Source: Armatimonadota bacterium (GTDB lineage Bacteria > Armatimonadota > Zipacnadia > Zipacnadales > UBA5352). From it: a stretch of DNA of 18,265 nt. Positions 9,130 through 17,010 of this stretch are shown here, piece by piece. Every line of letters begins with the position of its first letter. The stretch's first letter is position 1. The notes under the pieces were generated by a model. It saw nothing but the letters and a program-made list of their open reading frames with translations. It searched no databases and was not told the DNA's origin. The translations under genes and the position numbers were made by a program. The stretch is from assembly GCA_034722055.1 (NCBI GenBank), contig JAYENL010000306.1, positions 1 to 18,265 of the forward strand, written 5' to 3'.

Positions 9130-10605
9130 ATGACGATGCGCATTGCGCTGATGGTCCTGTGTGCGCTGGTAGCGGCGGGGTCCGTCGCGCAGCAGGCCGA
9201 GGATCAGCCCGCGGGACCGACCGCGCTGGAGCAGCTTCAGCAGGCGTCGAAGCCGACCTTCGCGGAGGGCCACACGCTCCTGCCGCTGTCGATGTGGATG
9301 CCCGAGCAGCCCTTCGAGGTCCGCAAGGAGCTCGCCGACAACTGGGGCTACTGCCTGCGCTTCGGGCGGCTGCGGCCGCAGCTCGTCGAGCAGCTGGGGG
9401 ATCCCGAGAGCGTGGTGTCGAAGGTGTGCGATCTCACTGCCAGCGATCCCGAGCGCTACCCCATGCACGTCATCGTGGCGCCGGCGTTCACGATCCGCAG
9501 CTTCAGGGACGATCTGCCGCCTCAGACATGGTGCCGGGACGAGAATGGAGAGCTGGTGGAGGGCAAGCGAGTCTGGAGCCCGGAGGCCCCGGATGAGGCC
9601 TTCGAGATGGTCGCGGAGCGCGAGATCGAGATGCTCCGGCCGGTGCTGGAGCGCGCGCCCATCGCCATCATCACCAACGGGGGAGAGTACGGGCTCAGCA
9701 CCATCGGCCACCACCTCGAGCACTGGCAGCAGGACCCGAAGGTTATGGCCGCCAAGGGCGACCGGGACTGGTACGACTACATCTCCGAGCGCAAGGGCCA
9801 CCAGGAGCTGATCGTCAGCGAGCGCATCCGTGATCTGGTGCCCGACCGGATGCTCTACATCTACTACCACACCGAGGCCTCGCACCACGCCCACCGCTAC
9901 GCGGACTGGTGGAAGTGGACGTGGAACTACGACTACATGAAGCCGGTCTCCGACATCCCCAACACCTCGATCTACTACAGGCACTATAACAGCGGCTTCA
10001 CGGGCAGTTGGGACATGCTGACCATGGCCCTGAACGCCACCGCCCAGCAGATCGAGTACGGGCAGCCCCTGTCGTACAACTGGGTCACCGCCGGCTGGCC
10101 CGGCGACAACCGCCCCGATGAGCCTATCGCCGACCCGGCCCGCTACATGGGCTACCTCAAGTGCTACTACACCGCCGGCATGATCGGTGGCGTGGCCGGC
10201 TACTTCGCCTATGACGACGCAAAGAACTGGATCTGGCAGTGCATGGCGCTGGGGCGGGTGCACGCGCTGTTCTCGCACCTGGAGGACTTCCTGCGCAACG
10301 GCGACCTGGTGCCCGGACCGGACAAGCATATCTGGTCGGAGGACCTGGCGGCCTACGAGCTGCCCACGGCCTCTGAGGGCGTGCGCGTGGTGGCTCGCAA
10401 GCATCGGGACCGTGAGGAGTGGCTGATCACCGCATGGGCGGCAGGGACGGAGGCCTGCACGGTCGAGGTGGAGGTGCCGGAGCTGGGCTCAGTGGCACTC
10501 CAGGCCCGCCCCAGCGGCTCGGTCTACCGCGCCAGCACCGAGGACGACCAGCCGTCGATGAGGCTCATCGACGAGGATGGCCTGCTGCCGACCTCAGGCC
10601 TCTAA
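9130..10605 (+). CDS. Secreted hypothetical protein (possibly glycoside-hydrolase-like barrel)
   Basis: AGGAGG upstream (start 9130 or 9136); signal peptide MRIALMVLCALVAAGSVA; Trp/Tyr-rich; NGGEYG motif. Confidence 0.75.
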   Translation: MTMRIALMVLCALVAAGSVAQQAEDQPAGPTALEQLQQASKPTFAEGHTLLPLSMWMPEQPFEVRKELADNWGYCLRFGRLRPQLVEQLGDPESVVSKVCDLTASDPERYPMHVIVAPAFTIRSFRDDLPPQTWCRDENGELVEGKRVWSPEAPDEAFEMVAEREIEMLRPVLERAPIAIITNGGEYGLSTIGHHLEHWQQDPKVMAAKGDRDWYDYISERKGHQELIVSERIRDLVPDRMLYIYYHTEASHHAHRYADWWKWTWNYDYMKPVSDIPNTSIYYRHYNSGFTGSWDMLTMALNATAQQIEYGQPLSYNWVTAGWPGDNRPDEPIADPARYMGYLKCYYTAGMIGGVAGYFAYDDAKNWIWQCMALGRVHALFSHLEDFLRNGDLVPGPDKHIWSEDLAAYELPTASEGVRVVARKHRDREEWLITAWAAGTEACTVEVEVPELGSVALQARPSGSVYRASTEDDQPSMRLIDEDGLLPTSGL

Positions 10606-10894
10606 CGCCGGAAGCTGCGGGCCGCTCGTCTCCCGTATCACTGCGACCGAGAGCGAATACGTCCCGGTATGTGTGAACGCGGCTCACCGCGGCCGACGTC
10701 GGCGCGCCCACAGCAGCCCTGCGACGGCGCTCACGACGCCGTACGCGCTCTTCCGGAATGCGCTTGCGCGCGACGCCACAGCAGATGACCACTTCGGCGC
10801 CACCAGCATCAGGACCTCCCTGGGCTCTCCGCGAATCGCCCAATCGGGCACTACGCACGTTGGCGTAGTGCGGCCTGGCCGGGCGAAGTCGAGC

Positions 10895-10924
10895 TTGACT
10901 CCGCGTGGGTGAGGGAGGTATACT
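10895..10924 (+). promoter_or_regulatory. Sigma70-type promoter of the tRNA cluster
   Basis: TTGACT (10895-10900), 18-bp spacer, TATACT (10919-10924), 18 nt before the first tRNA. Confidence 0.75.
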
Positions 10925-10942
10925 TCCTATGTCGGCGAATGG

Positions 10943-11032
10943 GCCGAGGTGGTGGAACTGGTAGACACGCTAGCTTGAGGGGCTAGTGACCATATTCTGG
11001 TTGTGCGGGTTCGAATCCCGCCCTCGGCACCA
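10943..11032 (+). tRNA. tRNA-Leu(GAG)
   Basis: GCCGAGG/CCTCGGC acceptor stem, anticodon arm CTAGC-TTGAGGG-GCTAG, long variable arm, GTTCGAATC, encoded CCA. Confidence 0.97.
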
Positions 11033-11080
11033 CTCGATCCGTTTCGCGAAGCAGCAGCGGCAGGATGCGTGATGGCGTGC

Positions 11081-11156
11081 GGGCGGTTAGCTCAGTGGGA
11101 AGAGCGCCTGCTTCACACGCAGGAGGTCGTAGGTTCAAATCCTGCACCGCCCACCA
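11081..11156 (+). tRNA. tRNA-Val(CAC)
   Basis: GGGCGGT/ACCGCCC stem, anticodon arm CCTGC-TTCACAC-GCAGG, GTTCAAATC, CCA. Confidence 0.97.
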
Positions 11157-11186
11157 TCGGAACTCAGGCCGGGAACGGCCTTTCGA

Positions 11187-11262
11187 GCGGGAATAGCTCA
11201 GGCGGTAGAGCATCAGCTTCCCAAGCTGAGGGTCGCGGGTTCGAATCCCGTTTCCCGCTCCA
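11187..11262 (+). tRNA. tRNA-Gly(CCC)
   Basis: GCGGGAA/TTCCCGC stem, TCAGC-TTCCCAA-GCTGA, discriminator T, CCA. Confidence 0.97.
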
Positions 11263-11273
11263 GGCGTGTTGAT

Positions 11274-11348
11274 GCGGGAGTAGCTCAACGGAAGAGCATC
11301 TGCTTGCCATGCAGAAGGTTGAGGGTTCGAATCCCTTCTCCCGCTCCA
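11274..11348 (+). tRNA. tRNA-Gly(GCC)
   Basis: GCGGGAG/CTCCCGC stem, TCTGC-TTGCCAT-GCAGA, CCA. Confidence 0.97.
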
Positions 11349-11356
11349 TGAAGTGT

Positions 11357-11389
11357 CGAGGCGGGCCCGGCGGTTGCCGGCCCGCCTCG
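11357..11389. repeat. GC-rich inverted repeat between tRNA-Gly(GCC) and tRNA-Cys
   Basis: CGAGGCGGGCC..GGCCCGCCTCG arms; no U-tract follows. Confidence 0.7.
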
Positions 11390-11449
11390 CTGGCAGCAAG
11401 TGACTACAATTCGGGACACGTGCGCTCGAGACCATGAGCGTTAGTGTGA

Positions 11450-11525
11450 GGCGGCATAGCCAAGAGGCTAAGGCGGCGGTCTGCAAAACTGCTATTCACC
11501 GGTTCGAATCCGGTTGCCGCCTCCA
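11450..11525 (+). tRNA. tRNA-Cys(GCA)
   Basis: GGCGGCA/TGCCGCC stem, GCGGT-CTGCAAA-ACTGC, discriminator T, CCA. Confidence 0.96.
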
Positions 11526-11580
11526 TGTGTTTAACGCAGGCAATGGGCAGCAGCCGGGGCAGCCGTGTGCTCGAAGGTCC

Positions 11581-11770
11581 TTGTCGTTCCTGCCGTCATC
11601 TGCCCTGCCCTGTTGTTGTCGTTGTCTGCCGTTGTCTGTCGTTCCCTGATGTTATCTGCTGTTATCTGCCGTGCTCTGTCGTTCTCTGATGTTATCTGCT
11701 GTTATCTGTTGTGCTCTGTCGTTCTCTGATGTTATCTGCTGTTATCTGCCGTGCTCTGTCGTTCTCTGCC
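11581..11770 (+). repeat. 10-bp tandem repeat array (consensus GTTnTCTGnn) with 40-bp higher-order unit
   Basis: 15 in-register decamers at 11621-11770. The unit GTTCTCTGAT-GTTATCTGCT-GTTATCTGCC-GTGCTCTGTC occurs three times (11641-11760, 0-2 mismatches each). Degenerate units at 11581-11620. Confidence 0.95.
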
Positions 11771-11774
11771 GCAG

Positions 11775-11865
11775 GCCGGAGTGGCGGAACTGGTAGACGC
11801 CGGGGACTTAAAATCCTCTGAGGGATCACTCCCTCGTCCGGGTTCGAATCCCGGCTCCGGCACCA
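11775..11865 (+). tRNA. tRNA-Leu(TAA)
   Basis: GCCGGAG/CTCCGGC stem, GGGGA-CTTAAAA-TCCTC, long variable arm, GTTCGAATC, CCA. Confidence 0.97.
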
Positions 11866-11983
11866 CGCAACTACCTGCCCCGAGTCCGACCCCGCGGGGC
11901 GAAGGCATTCCCGAAGGCGTGTCGAAGCAGGTGGCAGCGGAGTTGGCGTCATCCACTTCCAGGAAAGCGGATGATCCCGGGCC

Positions 11984-12859
11984 ATGACGCATCATCGCAT
12001 CATATTCGCGGACGCGCGGGAGATGCCGGAGCTTGACGACGAGAGCGTGCATCTGGTGGTGACCTCACCGCCGTACTGGTGCATCAAGGACTACGGACGC
12101 CCGGCCCAGATCGGCCGAGAGCAGCCCTACGCGGAGTACATCGAAGCGCTGGGGACAGTGTTTGGCGAGTGCCACCGGGTGCTCCACAAGGGCTGTCGCA
12201 TGGCGGTGAATGTGGGGGATCAGTACCTCCGAGCCAAGGACCACGGGCGCTACCGAATCCAGCCCATTCCCGCGGACCTGACCGCCGTGGGCCGAGAGGT
12301 CGGCTTCGACTTCATGGGCAGCATCATCTGGCGCAAGGTCTCCACCACGAACACCACGGGCGGGGGCTCGCTGATGGGCTCCATCTACTACCCCAAGGAC
12401 GGACACATCACCTACGAGCACGAGTATATCCTCCTGTTCCGGAAGCGCGGGAAATGGCCGACAGTCCCAGAGGAGGCCAAGGAGCGGAGTCGGCTGACCC
12501 TGGCCGAGCGGTCTGAGTGGTTCCGAGGGGTCTGGGACGACATTCCGCCCGAGCGCCAGGACCGTCATGCTGCGATGTTCCCGGTTGAGCTGCCCCGGAG
12601 GCTCGTGAAGATGTACTCGTTCTGGGGCGAGACGGTGCTGGACCCATTCATGGGCAGCGGCACCACAGCGCTGGCAGCGGCGGGGGAGGGCAGAAGCTCG
12701 ATCGGGTACGAGATCAACCCTGAGTTCGAGGGCATCATCCGGGAGAAGCTGGACGCGAGGCAGCCGAGCGCACGTGACGGTGAGCGCCCCCAACTCGAGT
12801 TCATCTACCCGGAGGCGCGCCCCGAGCCCGTCGCGGATCACTCGAAGTCGGATAGCTGA
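11984..12859 (+). CDS. Site-specific DNA methyltransferase (N4-cytosine/N6-adenine, beta class)
   Basis: Motif IV LVVTSPPYW precedes motif I VLDPFMGSGTT; HAAMFPVELPRRLV; SIGYEIN. Confidence 0.93.
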   Translation: MTHHRIIFADAREMPELDDESVHLVVTSPPYWCIKDYGRPAQIGREQPYAEYIEALGTVFGECHRVLHKGCRMAVNVGDQYLRAKDHGRYRIQPIPADLTAVGREVGFDFMGSIIWRKVSTTNTTGGGSLMGSIYYPKDGHITYEHEYILLFRKRGKWPTVPEEAKERSRLTLAERSEWFRGVWDDIPPERQDRHAAMFPVELPRRLVKMYSFWGETVLDPFMGSGTTALAAAGEGRSSIGYEINPEFEGIIREKLDARQPSARDGERPQLEFIYPEARPEPVADHSKSDS

Positions 12860-12939
12860 ACGCCTGCCCGGGTTCCCCTTACGGCCGATTGACCGGCCAG
12901 CGGGGAGGACACGTGCGATGCCCCAGGAGGGTGACGCCG

Positions 12940-14781
12940 ATGATATGGACGCTGACGTTGACGCTCGCGCTGCTGCCGATGATGGCGCTGGGACGGCAGG
13001 ACCCCGAGGCCATCACCGGCGACTGGGAGGACCTGGGCGCACAGGTGAGCCGATCGCGCATCTACTCCCGGGCGGTGGGCAAGGACACCACCGGCGCCGA
13101 GGTCTACTACCTCGGCATGTCCGACGCGAAGGCCGCCTTCGTGCTGGCACTGGATCCGCTCACCGGCGAACCGGCCGGTCCGCGCGGGCAGTTCAGCTTC
13201 GACGGATACCCCGGCCAGGTCTGGCACATCTGCGCTCACTCCAACGGAAAGGCCTACGCCACCACCGGCTCGGGCGGCATCTTCGAGCTTGACGCCGCCA
13301 CAGGCGCGCAGCGGTTCATCGGCAATCCGCCGGAGGGCGAGCAGGTGGTGTGGGAGCTGTACGAGGCCTCGGACGGCAACCTCTACGGGGGAACCTATCC
13401 CCGCGCCAAGCTGGCGCGCGTGAATCTGGAGACCTACGAGGTCGAGGACCTGGGGCGTATGGACCCTGAGCAGAAGTACGTCCGCACCATCGCGGTCGAA
13501 GGCGACTACGTCTACTGCGGATGCGGGGTCACGAGGCCGGCGGTCTGGGCCTACAACATCCACACCGGCGAGAAGACGCAGATGCTCCCTGACGAGGCGC
13601 GGGAGGGGCCGGGGTGGGGACGGGCCATGACCCGCATCGACGGGAATGTCTACGTCTACGGGAACGGTGACGGGAAGTGGCGCGTGTCGGGCCTGGAGAT
13701 GGAGCGGGTGGAGGAGATCCCGCACTACCCCTACCAGGAGCTGGAGGACGGCACGCGGCTCTACGCATGGAGCGGCGCCGGGCCGAGGCGCGAGTACGTC
13801 GTGGCGCCACGAGACGGCGAATCGCGAGCCGTCACTTTCGACTACGATTGCAGCGGTCCGAAGCTCTGGGAGATCTTCCCGGGTCCGGACGGCCGCATCT
13901 ACGGCAACACCCACACGCCGATCACGCTCTTCGCTTTCGATCCAGAGACCGGCGAGACCGAGGTATTCGGCGACCCTGTGGGCCACGCCGGCCAGGTGTA
14001 CGCCTCCACCTGGATCGACGGGAGGCTGCACATGGCGGCCTACTCGGACTGCACCTACACCGTGTGGGACCCTGAGCTGCCGTGGGACTTCGGGACGGAG
14101 CCGGACAGCAATCCCCGGCGGCTGGGCACCGCCTCCAGGCACCTGCAGCGGGCCGGCGACCTGATCGAGGCTCCTGACGGCCGGCACACCATCGTGGCCG
14201 GGCTGCCAGGCTACGGCCGCCTCGGCGGCGCCATCGTGATCGTCGATCCACAGAAACAGGACTTCCAGGTCTTCGACGATGTGGTTGCCCCGCAGAGCCC
14301 GTGGTCGCTCTCCAGGACCCCCGATGACGACATCATCGCGGTCGGGACCACGATGTACAGCGGCACCGGCACCGACAGGGTGGTCTCGCTGGGGCGGCTG
14401 GTACTCTGGAACTGGCGCACGAGCGAGGTCGTGAAGGAGCTGACGCCGTGGGAGGACGAGGTGCAGATCAACTCCTTCCTGCGGCTGGACAACGAGCTGT
14501 GGATGATCGGCGCGCCGGACGGTCGCATCGCGGTCTACGACTTCGACACGGGGGAGCTGACACACCTCGACTACTGGAACTACGGCGCCGGCCACCTGGT
14601 GCACCGCCCTGAGGATGGAATGATCTACTCGAACATGCGCGGCTGGGTGGTGCGCATCGACCCGGCGACGCAGGAGCATGAGCTACTCGCAACCTACCCG
14701 AAGCTGCATGGCTGCGCACTGGTCGGCGACTACCTCTACGGATTTGACAACACCCATCTGCTGCGGCTGAAGATCGACTGA
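12940..14781 (+). CDS. Secreted beta-propeller repeat protein
   Basis: AGGAGG at 12925-12930 then MIWTLTLTLALLPMMALG; repeated blades such as ASDGNLYGGTYP, GPDGRIYGNT, FAFDPETG and VRIDPAT. Confidence 0.82.
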   Translation: MIWTLTLTLALLPMMALGRQDPEAITGDWEDLGAQVSRSRIYSRAVGKDTTGAEVYYLGMSDAKAAFVLALDPLTGEPAGPRGQFSFDGYPGQVWHICAHSNGKAYATTGSGGIFELDAATGAQRFIGNPPEGEQVVWELYEASDGNLYGGTYPRAKLARVNLETYEVEDLGRMDPEQKYVRTIAVEGDYVYCGCGVTRPAVWAYNIHTGEKTQMLPDEAREGPGWGRAMTRIDGNVYVYGNGDGKWRVSGLEMERVEEIPHYPYQELEDGTRLYAWSGAGPRREYVVAPRDGESRAVTFDYDCSGPKLWEIFPGPDGRIYGNTHTPITLFAFDPETGETEVFGDPVGHAGQVYASTWIDGRLHMAAYSDCTYTVWDPELPWDFGTEPDSNPRRLGTASRHLQRAGDLIEAPDGRHTIVAGLPGYGRLGGAIVIVDPQKQDFQVFDDVVAPQSPWSLSRTPDDDIIAVGTTMYSGTGTDRVVSLGRLVLWNWRTSEVVKELTPWEDEVQINSFLRLDNELWMIGAPDGRIAVYDFDTGELTHLDYWNYGAGHLVHRPEDGMIYSNMRGWVVRIDPATQEHELLATYPKLHGCALVGDYLYGFDNTHLLRLKID

Positions 14782-14800
14782 TTGAAGGGAGCCCAACGGC

Positions 14801-15736
14801 ATGACCGCACAGGTCTCCGACTTCGCCAGCCGGCTGGAGCCGATCGGCCGCATCCTGCAGCTTCCGGACTGGTATGTGTGGGGCTCGACGGCAATCGATG
14901 GTCCCGACGGCAGGGTGCACCTCTTCTCCTCGCGCTGGCCTCGGGAGACGGGCCATGGCGGCTGGTCCACGCACTCGGAGATCGTGCACTCGGTGGGTGA
15001 GAGCGCTGAGGGGCCCTTTGAGGTGGCGGACGTGGCGCTGCGGGGGCGGGGAGGGGACCGCTGGGACGCGCAGATGGTGCATAACCCCACGATGCATCAG
15101 TTCGGCGGGCGCTACTACCTCGTTCACATCGGCAACCGGGACGGCCGGCCCTTCACGCAGCAGATCGGCGTGGCCGTGGCCGATGACCTCGGCGGTCCCT
15201 GGGAGCGCTTCGACCAGCCCATCCTCGGGCCGGGGATGCACGGGGCCTGGGACTGGCTCATGGCCACCAACCCGGCCCTCATCGGGAACCCGGACGGGCA
15301 GTTCTGGCTCTACTACAAGGCCTGGGACTTCTCCGACCGCAAGCGCAAGATCGGGCTGGCAGTGGCCGACGATCCCCTCGGGCCCTACCAGAAGCATCCC
15401 GGCAACCCGCTGATCGACTACTCGGATCAGGGCAAGCAGATCGAGGATCCCTACGTGTGGGTGCAGGACGGGCTCTTCTACATGCTGATGGCCGACGACA
15501 ACGAGGGCGTGGTGAAGAAGCACGGCGGGGCGCTGGTCACCTCCGAGGACGGCATCCGCTGGTCCGAGCCGATGCTGGGCTACGACACCACGGACGTCTA
15601 CTTCGACGAGCCAGTGCGGCGCTTCGAGCGCCCGCAGGTGCTCATCCGCGACGGCCGGCCGGCGTACCTCTACCTGTCGATGCAGGACGACCCCGACCGC
15701 ACCGACAGCTCCGCCGTCCTGCGGGTCGAGTGGTAG
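14801..15736 (+). CDS. Five-bladed beta-propeller glycoside hydrolase (GH43/GH117-like)
   Basis: YVWGSTAIDGPDGRVHLFSSRWP..HSEIVH..EGPF, HNPT, TNPAL, WLYYKA, EDPYVW, FERPQVL. Confidence 0.85.
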   Translation: MTAQVSDFASRLEPIGRILQLPDWYVWGSTAIDGPDGRVHLFSSRWPRETGHGGWSTHSEIVHSVGESAEGPFEVADVALRGRGGDRWDAQMVHNPTMHQFGGRYYLVHIGNRDGRPFTQQIGVAVADDLGGPWERFDQPILGPGMHGAWDWLMATNPALIGNPDGQFWLYYKAWDFSDRKRKIGLAVADDPLGPYQKHPGNPLIDYSDQGKQIEDPYVWVQDGLFYMLMADDNEGVVKKHGGALVTSEDGIRWSEPMLGYDTTDVYFDEPVRRFERPQVLIRDGRPAYLYLSMQDDPDRTDSSAVLRVEW

Positions 15737-15819
15737 CCGGAGGTACGCCGAGGCCTGCTTGCTCTGAGCGTGCACACCAGTCCCCGCGTGGCAGGAGCTA
15801 AGGTTGTACGCAGTGTCCC

Positions 15820-15842
15820 GTGGCGCAGGCTTCCAGCCTGCG
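15820..15842 (+). repeat. REP-like palindrome
   Basis: GTGG followed by CGCAGGCT-TCC-AGCCTGCG in an intergenic gap; this is the tetranucleotide-plus-hairpin layout of REP elements. Confidence 0.6.
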
Positions 15843-15877
15843 AGCGCTGCCGATAGCTGCACCGCGGCAGGTGACAA

Positions 15878-16888
15878 GTGACTGCGCAGAGCCGTCGGAG
15901 GCAGCCCGCGCCCGAGCCGCGCACCACCCTCAAGCGCGTGGCCGCCACGCTGGCCGTCGCGGCCCTGCTGGGCTGGGTGATCTGGCGCGCGTGGTACGAC
16001 GCTCGGCGCATCGACTGGGGCTCGCTCGACATCGATCCGGGCCTGGTGGCGCTGTCAGTGGTGCTCTACGGCCTGGGCTTCGTGTGGCACGGGCTGGTGT
16101 GGGTGGTGATGATGCGGGCGCTGGGCTACCGGCTGGGGTGGCTGCCGGGCCTGCGGGCCTCGGTGCTGTCGCAGCTCGGCAACTACATCCCCGGCAAGGT
16201 CTTCATCGTGCTCTTCCGGGCGCAAGTGGCGACGCGGTACGGCGTGCCCGCCCTGCCCGTAGCCGGCACCACGGCCCTGGAGACGCTGCTGCGGAACATC
16301 CTGGCGGCACTGCTGGCGGCACTGGGACTGTATCACATCGGCGTGGGGGCATCCTACGTGCCGGCGCTGCTGGTGATCGCGGCGGTGTCGGTGGTCTTCG
16401 CGCACCCGCGGGTCTTCCACGCGCTGGCCGACTGGGCCCTGCGCACGCTGGGCCGCCCGCCTCTGCCAGCGAGGCTGACCGGCCCGCAGGTGGCGCTGCT
16501 GCTGGTCTGCTATCTGGTCTACTGGGCCGCCCAGACCTACGCCTTCTGGCTGCTGGTGCGCGGGACCCTTGGGGCTGAGATAGGCGACTTCCCGGCTCTG
16601 GCGACGGCGATGCTGGCCTCGCAGATCGGCAGCACGCTGGCGGTCTTCGCGCCCGTGGGGCTGGGCGCGGCGGATGCCACGCTGGCCGAGGTGCTCAAGC
16701 TCACCGGCGGCGTGCGTGCGCCGTACGTGGTGGCGCTGGTGGCGCGGGTGTGGCGCACGGTCTCTGAGATGGTGGAGATCGGCGCGGTGTGGCTGATCCC
16801 CCTTCCCCCGCCCGAGAGCGGCGACGCCCCCAGCGCGGAGGCCGGCGGCGCACAGCAAACGCCCGAGGACGGCGAGCCTGTCGGCTGA
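15878..16888 (+). CDS. Flippase-like membrane protein (lysylphosphatidylglycerol synthase TM/UPF0104 family)
   Basis: Multiple hydrophobic segments; SQLGNYIPGKV and FAPVGLGA motifs; GTG start. Confidence 0.85.
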   Translation: MTAQSRRRQPAPEPRTTLKRVAATLAVAALLGWVIWRAWYDARRIDWGSLDIDPGLVALSVVLYGLGFVWHGLVWVVMMRALGYRLGWLPGLRASVLSQLGNYIPGKVFIVLFRAQVATRYGVPALPVAGTTALETLLRNILAALLAALGLYHIGVGASYVPALLVIAAVSVVFAHPRVFHALADWALRTLGRPPLPARLTGPQVALLLVCYLVYWAAQTYAFWLLVRGTLGAEIGDFPALATAMLASQIGSTLAVFAPVGLGAADATLAEVLKLTGGVRAPYVVALVARVWRTVSEMVEIGAVWLIPLPPPESGDAPSAEAGGAQQTPEDGEPVG

Positions 16889-17010
16889 GCTTATGCGCGA
16901 TCTCGGCCACCCGCCGACGATCTCAGTCCTGGCCTGCCACGTGCGACAGGCCGTATGGTTCCCTTGGGGCTTCGCCGTGCGGAGAAGTCGCTCCTGCGAG
17001 GGAGGTGCCC

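Noticed and set aside
11357..11389. Intrinsic terminator inside the tRNA cluster
   Set aside because: Strong stem but no U-tract on either strand; kept only as an inverted repeat.
10983..11649. ORFs over the tRNA cluster
   Set aside because: They are translations of tRNA genes.
11581..11770. CRISPR array
   Set aside because: No unique spacers, contiguous 10-bp units and no cas genes in the window.
11692..12052. Short ORFs across the repeat and tRNA-Leu (e.g. ..ENDRARQITADN..)
   Set aside because: They overlap a clear tRNA, and the 10/40-bp period is not a multiple of 3, so the repeat is unlikely to be coding.
833..15877. Long antisense ORFs (833-2536, 2510-3523, 7050-8159, 9001-10404, 12838-14679, 14468-15877)
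   Set aside because: Typical high-GC shadow frames opposite better-supported genes; no recognisable motifs.
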